Part shown: positions 31,076 to 39,356 of the stretch, piece after piece
Position numbering within the stretch: position 1 is the first letter of the stretch
Layout: every line of letters begins with the position of its first letter
Source of the DNA: Promethearchaeota archaeon
GTDB lineage: Archaea > Asgardarchaeota > Lokiarchaeia > Sigyniarchaeales > SOKP01
DNA length: 64,000 nt
Direction of reading: 5' to 3'
Assembly (NCBI GenBank): GCA_048938005.1
Contig: JBHLMQ010000002.1
Location: forward strand, 32,001-96,000
The notes under the pieces: generated by a model
What the model was told of the DNA's origin: nothing
The model's input: only the letters and a program-made list of their open reading frames with translations
Databases searched by the model: none
Made by a program: the position numbers and the translations under genes

Positions 31076-32128
31076 ATGCTATCTGATGTAGGTTGGCTTA
31101 ATGTTATCTCAATAATGGGAATTCTTATTTTTGGTTGTTCAATTGGAATATTCTTTATGTACAAAGGGAGAAAAACAAAGGTTAAACTCCTCTTTTATAT
31201 GGGTTTGGCTATTTTTTTCAATGGATTATGGTATTGGGGAAATTTTTGGGAAAGCTTTTCAATTCTTATTACAGGGAATAACTTCGAAATAGGTGTCTCA
31301 TACGAATTGCAGGCTATAATGAGCTTTATGTGGGTTGGGCCATCAACATTTTTTGCATGGTATGTCGGTGCTACTCTAGTAATGCCGAAACAAAAATGGT
31401 ATTTTATTAGTTTTGGTCTAATTCTAGGGATTTTATATGAATTATTTCTTTTTATAGATCCACTAGGCTCTATTTATATTTACGTTCCAGTACCCGCAAA
31501 TTCAGATTTAGTTGATGAAAATCTTATTCCTAACACACCTTTATCTATTATAGTGACTCTATACATAACATTTGGTGTAACTTTTATAGGTTTAGGCTAT
31601 TTGTATAAAAGTATTCAATCGAAAGATGTCTTAAAAAAAAAATATCTTTATTTGTCAGCAGGTTATATTTTTGTAGTCTTATTCTCAACAATAGAAGGCT
31701 TCGGCGCTGTTGGGATTACTTTATTTTTTTCTAGGGTGGGTATTATTGTAAGTTTTGGGTTTAATTATTTTGGTTTAAGAGAAGAGCCTATTAAAATTGA
31801 AAAAATAACTACTAAAAAAGAATTTGAAGTTGAAGATTCAATATTTAGAATTGCAAAAAGACCTGCTCGAATAACCGAGGAGGAAGTAACTTATTACAGA
31901 GAGCAGAAAATATGTTTGATGTGTAAAGGAAAAGCAGGAGGATTCAATACTTATATTTGTACCGAGTGTGATGCTATATATCATGAAGATTGTGCACGTG
32001 CTTTATCTAACATGGAAAATGCTTGTTGGGCGTGTAATGAGCCAATTGATAAATCTAAACCCTCTAAACCGTTTAAAATTGAGGAGGCCGAAGAAGGTTT
32101 TAAAAAATCAGAAAAGTTTAAAGACTAA
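31076..32128 (+). CDS. 7-TM membrane protein with C-terminal C4HC3 RING-like finger (candidate E3)
   Basis: CLMC-x11-CTEC-x4-HEDC-x10-CWAC at 31913-32035; immediately upstream of the ubiquitin gene. Confidence 0.75.
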   Translation: MLSDVGWLNVISIMGILIFGCSIGIFFMYKGRKTKVKLLFYMGLAIFFNGLWYWGNFWESFSILITGNNFEIGVSYELQAIMSFMWVGPSTFFAWYVGATLVMPKQKWYFISFGLILGILYELFLFIDPLGSIYIYVPVPANSDLVDENLIPNTPLSIIVTLYITFGVTFIGLGYLYKSIQSKDVLKKKYLYLSAGYIFVVLFSTIEGFGAVGITLFFSRVGIIVSFGFNYFGLREEPIKIEKITTKKEFEVEDSIFRIAKRPARITEEEVTYYREQKICLMCKGKAGGFNTYICTECDAIYHEDCARALSNMENACWACNEPIDKSKPSKPFKIEEAEEGFKKSEKFKD

Positions 32129-32251
32129 TGAATATCTTCTTGAAGAATTTACAGAATATTTTTTACAGAATAGAAACATTAAATAGATGAAATTTAAAAA
32201 TTATTTTAATAATATTTAAGTTAAACCTATTAAAAAATAAAAAATGAAACT

Positions 32252-32515
32252 TTGATGAGAATATCCGTTGAAGATACGAGAACTGGTAAGTTAATAAAAC
32301 TCGATGTTAAAGAACACCATCCAATTGAACGTATTATAGACATAGTTATTAAACATATGGGAATTATCAGTGCAGAACAACGCTCTTATACTTTAGTTCT
32401 TCATGAGAAAGAATTGCCTAATTCAATTACAATTGAAGATGCAGTACATAAATTTGGTCTTCAAGAAAATGACAAATTATCACTATGGGCAAGAGTTATT
32501 GGAGGAAATCTATAA
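32252..32515 (+). CDS. ubiquitin-like protein precursor
   Basis: Beta-grasp pattern MRISVEDTRTGKLIKLDV...GLQENDKLSLWARVIGG followed by NL-stop. Confidence 0.85.
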   Translation: MMRISVEDTRTGKLIKLDVKEHHPIERIIDIVIKHMGIISAEQRSYTLVLHEKELPNSITIEDAVHKFGLQENDKLSLWARVIGGNL

Positions 32516-32598
32516 ATTAATTATCCAATGATTTATTAATGTTAAAAATTTAAATTTATTTGCTTAAAACATCAGAAAATAAGAGCTAATTATTAATT

Positions 32599-33177
32599 TT
32601 AATCATCAAGTATGATTACTTCATCTTCATCCTGTTCTTCTTCTATTTCTTCAATTTTATATTGTTTTTTAAGATCTTCCATAGTAGTTTTTTTAAAAAA
32701 CTCAGCAGCTTCAAGACATATATCATATTTGAGTGGATCTTCTGGATTAGGATTTTCTACTAATTTTTGCAATGCCTTAACTGTAGTTTCTAAATCTGAA
32801 AGCCTAGACCATTGTTTCAAAACATTTAAGCAGATATAACCGGTACCGGGGTCTTTAGAAGTAGTTAATTCAACCGGATGAATATTAGGATGGAAAATAT
32901 TGGAATACCAAGCAAAATCGATTCCTCCAGGGTAAGGAAAAGATCTGTTGATTTTCATAAAAATACGATGAGATTTCTGAGGAGCTAAATTTTTAGGATC
33001 TTTATAATCTCCTAAAATGAATCCTATAGCTTTAATATTAATTAATAGTTCTATACTATTTTCATGCCAGACTATTGAATCTTTTTCAATTACTTTTAAG
33101 TGTTCTAAATTTTTAATTTCATTATTAATACGATCCTTCCATATTTCAAAAGGCAATTCTGGCATATTTTCTATCAA
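32599..33177 (-). CDS. ubiquitin-conjugating enzyme E2-like protein
   Basis: FPY, IFHPNI, GYICL (catalytic Cys), W, NPNPEDPL; acidic tail. Confidence 0.9.
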   Translation of the reverse strand: MIENMPELPFEIWKDRINNEIKNLEHLKVIEKDSIVWHENSIELLINIKAIGFILGDYKDPKNLAPQKSHRIFMKINRSFPYPGGIDFAWYSNIFHPNIHPVELTTSKDPGTGYICLNVLKQWSRLSDLETTVKALQKLVENPNPEDPLKYDICLEAAEFFKKTTMEDLKKQYKIEEIEEEQDEDEVIILDD

Positions 33178-33267
33178 GTAAAATTATTATTTAAATTAAA
33201 TTAAAACATTGCATTTTTGATTATATTTGTTTCATAATGAAGTGTTTATATTTTTTATTTGCAAATA

Positions 33268-34152
33268 TTAACTAATAGATTTCTCATATGAACATGTCCA
33301 ACAATTAGGATCTTTTAACTTTTCAATGATATTAAATTTATTTGTAAGTCCATTATAATTTATTTGTTTTCCAATCACAGGTTCTCCTATTTGGGAATCC
33401 CATTTCCCATATTCTTTAAAGTGATCCAAATTTAGAATAAATTTCATAACTTGTTGAGATTGAATTCCTCCTATAATTGAAGTGGTACTTATAATAGTTG
33501 CCATTTTTCGAGTTGTTTCTCCATTTTCAGAATCGATTTCTTGTCCAGTACATGAAAATTTCTTCCACATTAAATCTAAATCTTTATCAGAAATTCCGCA
33601 TTGTAGACATGGAGCATCTTTAACTTCTGAATATACTGCTTGAATAGATCCAAAATGTTCATCTATACCAGAATCAATAAAAGGAATACCAAAATAATGC
33701 GCATAATTATTTGCTTCTAATCGCGCTTCAATATTATCCACACAAGAGCAAATGACATCTGATTTTTTATATATATTTTTATCAATTTCATTTAATTTAT
33801 TTTTATATGTTACAATTTCTACTTCAGGATTTAAAGTTTTAATCGATTCTTTTACAACATCAACTTTGTATTTGCCTTCAATATCATCTTCCATATTAAA
33901 TAAAACACAGCGATTAAGATTCGATCTCTCGATAATATCATAATCAATAATAATTAATTTCCCAATTCCCGTTAATGTTAAGTTCTTTACTAATTCATTT
34001 CCAGTAGCACCAACGCCTATTACCATTACAGTAGCATTAGAAACCTTTGATTGATCCCAACCTGCAATACGTTTTTGGCGATCATATTTATCTGAATCAA
34101 TTGATTCAAATCCAATTATTTTTATATCGAATTTATCTTTTTTTTCTGTCAT
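33268..34152 (-). CDS. E1-like ThiF/UBA adenylyltransferase
   Basis: YDRQ, GVGATGNE, DYDIIERSNLNR, CVDNIEAR, CLQC, FSCT (putative catalytic Cys), CWTC. Confidence 0.92.
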   Translation of the reverse strand: MTEKKDKFDIKIIGFESIDSDKYDRQKRIAGWDQSKVSNATVMVIGVGATGNELVKNLTLTGIGKLIIIDYDIIERSNLNRCVLFNMEDDIEGKYKVDVVKESIKTLNPEVEIVTYKNKLNEIDKNIYKKSDVICSCVDNIEARLEANNYAHYFGIPFIDSGIDEHFGSIQAVYSEVKDAPCLQCGISDKDLDLMWKKFSCTGQEIDSENGETTRKMATIISTTSIIGGIQSQQVMKFILNLDHFKEYGKWDSQIGEPVIGKQINYNGLTNKFNIIEKLKDPNCWTCSYEKSIS

Positions 34153-34218
34153 TTATTCATGAAATTCTATTCTTATTATTAATTTTAGAACAATACTTAA
34201 TAAATTAAGCTTTATTGC

Positions 34219-34713
34219 TTACTTTTTGGATGATATTATTGCATTACTTACTGCTTTATACTTCTTTTCTGATGATTTGTCAATTGTAAAAAATTTAAAT
34301 TCGTCTCTTATTGGATCTATAACTAATGCTACTTGATATGACTCAGGAAAGAAATATTCTTGAGTATGAATATCGGTTGATGATAAAAAACACCCAAAAT
34401 TAGGATGAGAGTGCCACCATCCAACGATTCTTAAATTATCATCTTTTTTCTTATTTTTTAATTCTTTAAATCTTTTTTCATATTCGCCGGCTTTTCCTTC
34501 AATTTGAGAAGTTGAGAAGTGATTACTATGAACCGCATCCTCAATGAATAATTGTTCTTCAATTATTATGTATATTTTCTCCTTCCATTTTAATATTTTT
34601 CCTATTAAATAACCAAAAATCTCCTTTTGAGAATTATTACTTAAGTCTTTTATTTGATCTAATACTTCTTCGTATATATATACTGGAAATACGAAATCTT
34701 CTTCTATTGACAT
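34219..34713 (-). CDS. JAMM/MPN+ metalloisopeptidase (Rpn11-like)
   Basis: EIFGYLIG, VGWWHSHPNFGCFLSSTD, ALVIDP. Confidence 0.93.
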   Translation of the reverse strand: MSIEEDFVFPVYIYEEVLDQIKDLSNNSQKEIFGYLIGKILKWKEKIYIIIEEQLFIEDAVHSNHFSTSQIEGKAGEYEKRFKELKNKKKDDNLRIVGWWHSHPNFGCFLSSTDIHTQEYFFPESYQVALVIDPIRDEFKFFTIDKSSEKKYKAVSNAIISSKK

Positions 34714-34776
34714 GCCTTCTAAATATAAAGTTAATTTAATTCATTAAAATTCTCAAAATTGATAACATATAAATTA

Positions 34777-37419
34777 TTATCGCGTACTTTGGATAAACTG
34801 ACGCTTTTTCTTCTTTTCTTTTTCCCATTTTTTACGTTCTGAACGAAGCTTGAAAAGATCAATGTCCTTATAAATTAAATTTTCTTCCTTTGGGGGTATG
34901 ATTCTTTCGATTCTCTCCTTTTCTGGAGTATATATAAGAGATTCACCATATTCAGCAATATTAACAAAAAAGCAATAAGCATAAATGGATCTTCGGGCAT
35001 CAAAATGAGCTGCTTTGAAATCAGCTGTAACTGGTGTGTATGCCGGATTAAAAATGAGATCCACTGGGGGTTCAAAATTTTTTAATTCTACTCGTAAATC
35101 CATATCAAGAAAATCTCTACATATTATTATTGCAATTCTACCAAACTCAGTATTACAGACAACCGTTTGTCTTGGAAACGCATCTATTTTTATTCCTTCT
35201 TCAAATTTTTTATTCTCAAAATGTATAATTGCCGGAATATGTTTTTCTTGTTCCCAAATAATTCCATCTGGTCCAATTACACTACATATATTTTGATTAG
35301 TTTCTAGGTTGTGAAATGAGCCAGGAACAATTAACATACCAAAAGATTTAGCTAAATTTGAAATCTCCTCTAAAAATTGACCATAATTGAGATCTATAGC
35401 CATTTCTGGAAATATGAGTATATCAACTTTATTATTATGAGCATTCTTAATCATATTTCTAACTGTATCTAATGTTGATTTAACTTTTTCTTCCCTAAGC
35501 CCTAATAAACCCGAAGCTTTTTCTTCATAATACTCGTTCATGAGATCTCCTGTACTAGACACCCCTATTTGAGCAATCCCAACTCTAAATTCTCTTTTTT
35601 GAATTTTAGGATATTTTTTAAGAAAATCATAATAGATTAGTTTATATTTCTTTTTTTTACCATTATTTTCTTTAACTTTCTTTATTTCTTCCTTTCGAGG
35701 AAATGAGGGTGCTAAAGTATCCATTGTACTCTTAGAAATTACTGGTTCACTAATTGTATTAAGCGCAGATATTATGATTTTTTCTTCTTTTTCGATTAAA
35801 TTCAAGCGATCTAAAACCTCCTTTTCTTTATCTTTGTATCCTGCTTCTCCAAAGAGTTGTGCTGCTGATTTAAACATCCCTGAACCAATGTCTAAAAGGT
35901 TTTTCTTCTCATCAAGGTTTAATTCTTCATCCGCTCTGATAATATACCATGTGGCATCAAAATAAGTTGAAGTAGCAAGTGCCCAATCAGCTTCACTTTC
36001 AAATCCACCTTTTCGATATAAATTAGCTGCATTCCTGAGATTCATTTTAATCTTTGGATAATATTCTGCTTTAACAGATGTCTCACTTGCCTTGTCGAAT
36101 TTAGAACCTAGTTCTAAAGCTTGACAAAAAGCAGAATTTCCTAAAGCTAACGATTTTGATTTATTATTAATAAAATGTTCACTAGCTTTATTAAATAACT
36201 CTACGGCTTCTGTGAACTTATCAGGATTATCATATTCTTCAGCGAATTCCATACATTCCCATGCTTTACAAAGATAATATATTGCATTTAACTCTTCTCT
36301 GTCTTGGTCTTCTATTACATAGGAACATAGATCTTTGAACTGAGATGCAGCACAAGAAAATTTCTCGGCAGCAGTGAGATGATCTCCTTGCTTTTCGAAC
36401 ATCCGTGCTTCTCCTATTTGATCCCAAATTTCCGAATAATCAACCTTTATTTCAACTTGTTCTGCTGGTTGTTCCATTTCAATATATTCCTTTGTATGAA
36501 CTACAGGTTTTTCTTCTGCTGTAATAAGATGTTTCTTTTCTTGCTTGGTCAAAATAGAAGTTCTTAATATTTCTTTTAAAATAAAAAGAATTTCGTTTTT
36601 AGATTCTTTTTTATTTGCAGAAAAACCAAATGTCTTTATAGCAAACATTTCTTCTATTTTTTCTGGATCAAACGCAGAATCCTTTAAATCTTGAAAGTTC
36701 GCAATGATGTAAAAATCTGCTTTATGGACTATAGGTTTTAATAATGACACTAGCTTTTGAGTTCTTCCCAAATTGCTTGCTCCAGAATTTGTAACAATTA
36801 ATATAACATCAACCGAATTTAATAGATCTCTATACAGATTCGAATTATTTACTAATTCTTCTAGATCAAATTCTCTTAAAATGCATTGTTTAATTTCTTT
36901 AAAATCTATAAAGTTTATTGGTTTTTGGATAATCTCAACTAAATCATTATCTAATTTTATAATTGTTTCTCCTGGAAATAAATTCATTATAGTTGTTTTT
37001 CCAACACCTTTTTCCCCGGTTAATAAGATTTTAGGAGGGATGAATATATTTTTTTCTATGAATTCATCAAATTCTTGAAAAACACTAACATTTCCAGTCC
37101 AATTTTCTAAGTATGGTTTATATCTTTTTATAAATTCTTTTTTCATTAATTCAACTTTAGATCTTGCTTCTTCTTCTAAATCATTTATATCTATAACAAT
37201 AACAAAAATACAATTGAATTCAATGGAATATGAATATATAAAATTAAAATTTTTAAAAACAAGAGCTTTTATCTCTCCTCCTTTAATTTCTTTGGCAAAG
37301 TTGCTAATTCCAGTAAGAAATCCACTAATAATGCTATTATCAATGTTAATTTGCTCAATAAAATCCTTAGAATAACAAGGTACTCCTCCTGGACCTATTA
37401 TGAATATCTTTAATATCAA
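34777..37419 (-). CDS. multidomain protein: longin + degenerate small GTPase + TPR/SNAP-like helices + carbon-nitrogen hydrolase (nitrilase)
   Basis: IFIIGPGGVPCY..ISGFLTGI; GEKGVGKT, ANFQD; repeats such as AAEKFSCAA and NAANLY; FPEM, QEKH, ICRDF triad. Confidence 0.8.
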   Translation of the reverse strand: MILKIFIIGPGGVPCYSKDFIEQINIDNSIISGFLTGISNFAKEIKGGEIKALVFKNFNFIYSYSIEFNCIFVIVIDINDLEEEARSKVELMKKEFIKRYKPYLENWTGNVSVFQEFDEFIEKNIFIPPKILLTGEKGVGKTTIMNLFPGETIIKLDNDLVEIIQKPINFIDFKEIKQCILREFDLEELVNNSNLYRDLLNSVDVILIVTNSGASNLGRTQKLVSLLKPIVHKADFYIIANFQDLKDSAFDPEKIEEMFAIKTFGFSANKKESKNEILFILKEILRTSILTKQEKKHLITAEEKPVVHTKEYIEMEQPAEQVEIKVDYSEIWDQIGEARMFEKQGDHLTAAEKFSCAASQFKDLCSYVIEDQDREELNAIYYLCKAWECMEFAEEYDNPDKFTEAVELFNKASEHFINNKSKSLALGNSAFCQALELGSKFDKASETSVKAEYYPKIKMNLRNAANLYRKGGFESEADWALATSTYFDATWYIIRADEELNLDEKKNLLDIGSGMFKSAAQLFGEAGYKDKEKEVLDRLNLIEKEEKIIISALNTISEPVISKSTMDTLAPSFPRKEEIKKVKENNGKKKKYKLIYYDFLKKYPKIQKREFRVGIAQIGVSSTGDLMNEYYEEKASGLLGLREEKVKSTLDTVRNMIKNAHNNKVDILIFPEMAIDLNYGQFLEEISNLAKSFGMLIVPGSFHNLETNQNICSVIGPDGIIWEQEKHIPAIIHFENKKFEEGIKIDAFPRQTVVCNTEFGRIAIIICRDFLDMDLRVELKNFEPPVDLIFNPAYTPVTADFKAAHFDARRSIYAYCFFVNIAEYGESLIYTPEKERIERIIPPKEENLIYKDIDLFKLRSERKKWEKEKKKKRQFIQSTR

Positions 37420-37549
37420 TTGTGATCTCTCGTTTTTACTTACAACTAATTAATTTAATAAAAGATAATAAAATTAATTAAAATGATTATGAAAAAGTTA
37501 TAATTGAAATCAATAAAACCTTGATAATTATAATGAATGTGTATCAAAG

Positions 37550-37720
37550 TTGAACGAAAAAGAAGAAAAAACTTTATCAAATAGTCCACCACCTAAAATA
37601 ATAGATTCTGAAGATAAGGAAATCTTAGAAAAAAGACCACCAAGCGAGAAAATTCTTTATTTTAACCTTATTAAGAATGATATTACTTTAAAAGAAAAAG
37701 ATAAAGAAGATTTCACTTAA
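37550..37720 (+). CDS. possible 56-aa charged microprotein
   Basis: TTG-start ORF MNEKEEKTLSNSPPPK...EDFT with purine-rich, coding-like composition; below the ORF-track cutoff. Confidence 0.3.
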   Translation: MNEKEEKTLSNSPPPKIIDSEDKEILEKRPPSEKILYFNLIKNDITLKEKDKEDFT

Positions 37721-37729
37721 AGCACTTTT

Positions 37730-38299
37730 TTAACTGGAACTTCGTAACTCTGCAAATATAGCTTTATATTTATAATATAATTCTCCTATTATCGCCTTAA
37801 ATGCTTCATTAACTCCTTCCCCTGTTTTTGCTGACGTTATAAAATAACCTAGATAGTTCCTTTTTTTAACAATTTTTTGAATTTTTGTATTGTCTAAAGA
37901 TTCTTTATCTACTAAATCAACTTTATTAGCAAAAACTACGACAGGGATGTTACCACAAAACTGTTTAATATCTTCATGCCAATTTGTTAGATGTTTAAAA
38001 CTTTCTTTACCAAGAGTGTTTTCTTCAAGAGTATATACAATAATAGCAGCTTTACTATCCTTATAAAAAGCAGGGCGCAAAAAATGAAATTCATCTTGAC
38101 CAGCAATATCCCAAAAAAATAGTTTACATTTATCTCCGTCGATAATTTCCTCAAAAACAGAAAATTGAGCTCCAATTGTTCTAATATAATCTTCCTGAAA
38201 ACTCCCTTGTGTAAATTTTCTTATTAAAGATGTCTTTCCAACAAAGCCATCTCCAATAACTGTAATTTTGAATATATACTGGTCTTTAATATCATTCAT
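37730..38299 (-). CDS. Rab-like small GTPase
   Basis: GDGFVGKT, YIRTIG, WDIAGQ, FY, NKVD, TSAKTG; no C-terminal Cys prenylation motif. Confidence 0.92.
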   Translation of the reverse strand: MNDIKDQYIFKITVIGDGFVGKTSLIRKFTQGSFQEDYIRTIGAQFSVFEEIIDGDKCKLFFWDIAGQDEFHFLRPAFYKDSKAAIIVYTLEENTLGKESFKHLTNWHEDIKQFCGNIPVVVFANKVDLVDKESLDNTKIQKIVKKRNYLGYFITSAKTGEGVNEAFKAIIGELYYKYKAIFAELRSSS

Positions 38300-38497
38300 T
38301 GTTTCAATTTGTGAATTCTTATATGATCAATTATAAATATCAACAATGGTTTAATATAAAACTTTTCTTTTGATGTATTAAAGTGAAATACAATTATTTT
38401 TATAACAAAAGCTTTATAAATTTGCTTATCAATGTTTATATTACAAAATTGTGAATCTATCAAGTAATTTTAAGAAAATATAATATAAAGAGGGATT

Positions 38498-39310
38498 ATG
38501 ATGGTTACAAGAACAGAAGATAGAATGGAAGTTTTGTTTGGTTTTTTTGGTACGCAAGTATCTGCAATTTTACTAATTATAGCTGCTTTTCTTTCTCCAG
38601 GATATAGCCCATTGAAAGATGCTGTAAGCTCGTTAGGGTGGGGTAATGTAAAATCATTATTCAGTATTAGTTTTGTTGTAAGTGGGTCATTATGCATCCC
38701 TTTTTACATATATCTTGAAAGAGAATTAATAAATATAAAGGAAAGTATTAGAAGGTTAGCAACAGGAGTGTCAATTTTTACTTGTGTATGTATTGCCTTG
38801 GTTGGAATAATTCCAGATAAAACTTACTTGGATATATTTGTATTATTTCACGGTTTTGTAGCATCAGTTAGTTTTATAGGATCAGCAATCTATATTGTTC
38901 TTTATAGTTATTTAATGTATAATGTTCCTAAAGCTAAAATGTATGAAGGACCAAAATTTAAAAAATATATAGCTTATCTCGGCTTCTTCATAGGCTGCAT
39001 ATTAATCGTCTTTTTAATAACAAATACAATTGCTTTAACTTTGTATACGATTACAATTCCTATAATTGAATGGATTTTAACCCTTTCTATTTATTTATGG
39101 ATTACATTGACAGCAATTCACTTAATATCATACAAGTTTTTTAACATCCCTGGTGTTTATTATAGAAGATCAGAATACCCTGAGGCATTGAAAAAGTTTG
39201 AAGACGCACTTCAAATTCTAAATAAACTTAATCTAAGTGAAGAACCTATATCAGAAACTCTAAAAGAAAATATAGAATTCTTGAAAAAAGAGCTGGAAAA
39301 AGAAACATGA
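38498..39310 (+). CDS. DUF998-like membrane protein with C-terminal TPR-like motif
   Basis: PGYSP...VSSLG, GIIP, HG, EW; tail GVYYRRSEYPEALKKFEDAL. Confidence 0.7.
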   Translation: MMVTRTEDRMEVLFGFFGTQVSAILLIIAAFLSPGYSPLKDAVSSLGWGNVKSLFSISFVVSGSLCIPFYIYLERELINIKESIRRLATGVSIFTCVCIALVGIIPDKTYLDIFVLFHGFVASVSFIGSAIYIVLYSYLMYNVPKAKMYEGPKFKKYIAYLGFFIGCILIVFLITNTIALTLYTITIPIIEWILTLSIYLWITLTAIHLISYKFFNIPGVYYRRSEYPEALKKFEDALQILNKLNLSEEPISETLKENIEFLKKELEKET

Positions 39311-39356
39311 TTAATTATAAATAAAAGTGATAAAAAACAGTCATCGAAATTGATTC

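Noticed and set aside
32252-34152. MoaD/ThiS sulfur-carrier system instead of ubiquitin
   Set aside because: An E2 with HPN and catalytic Cys, a JAMM and RING-like fingers are adjacent; no cofactor-biosynthesis genes are.
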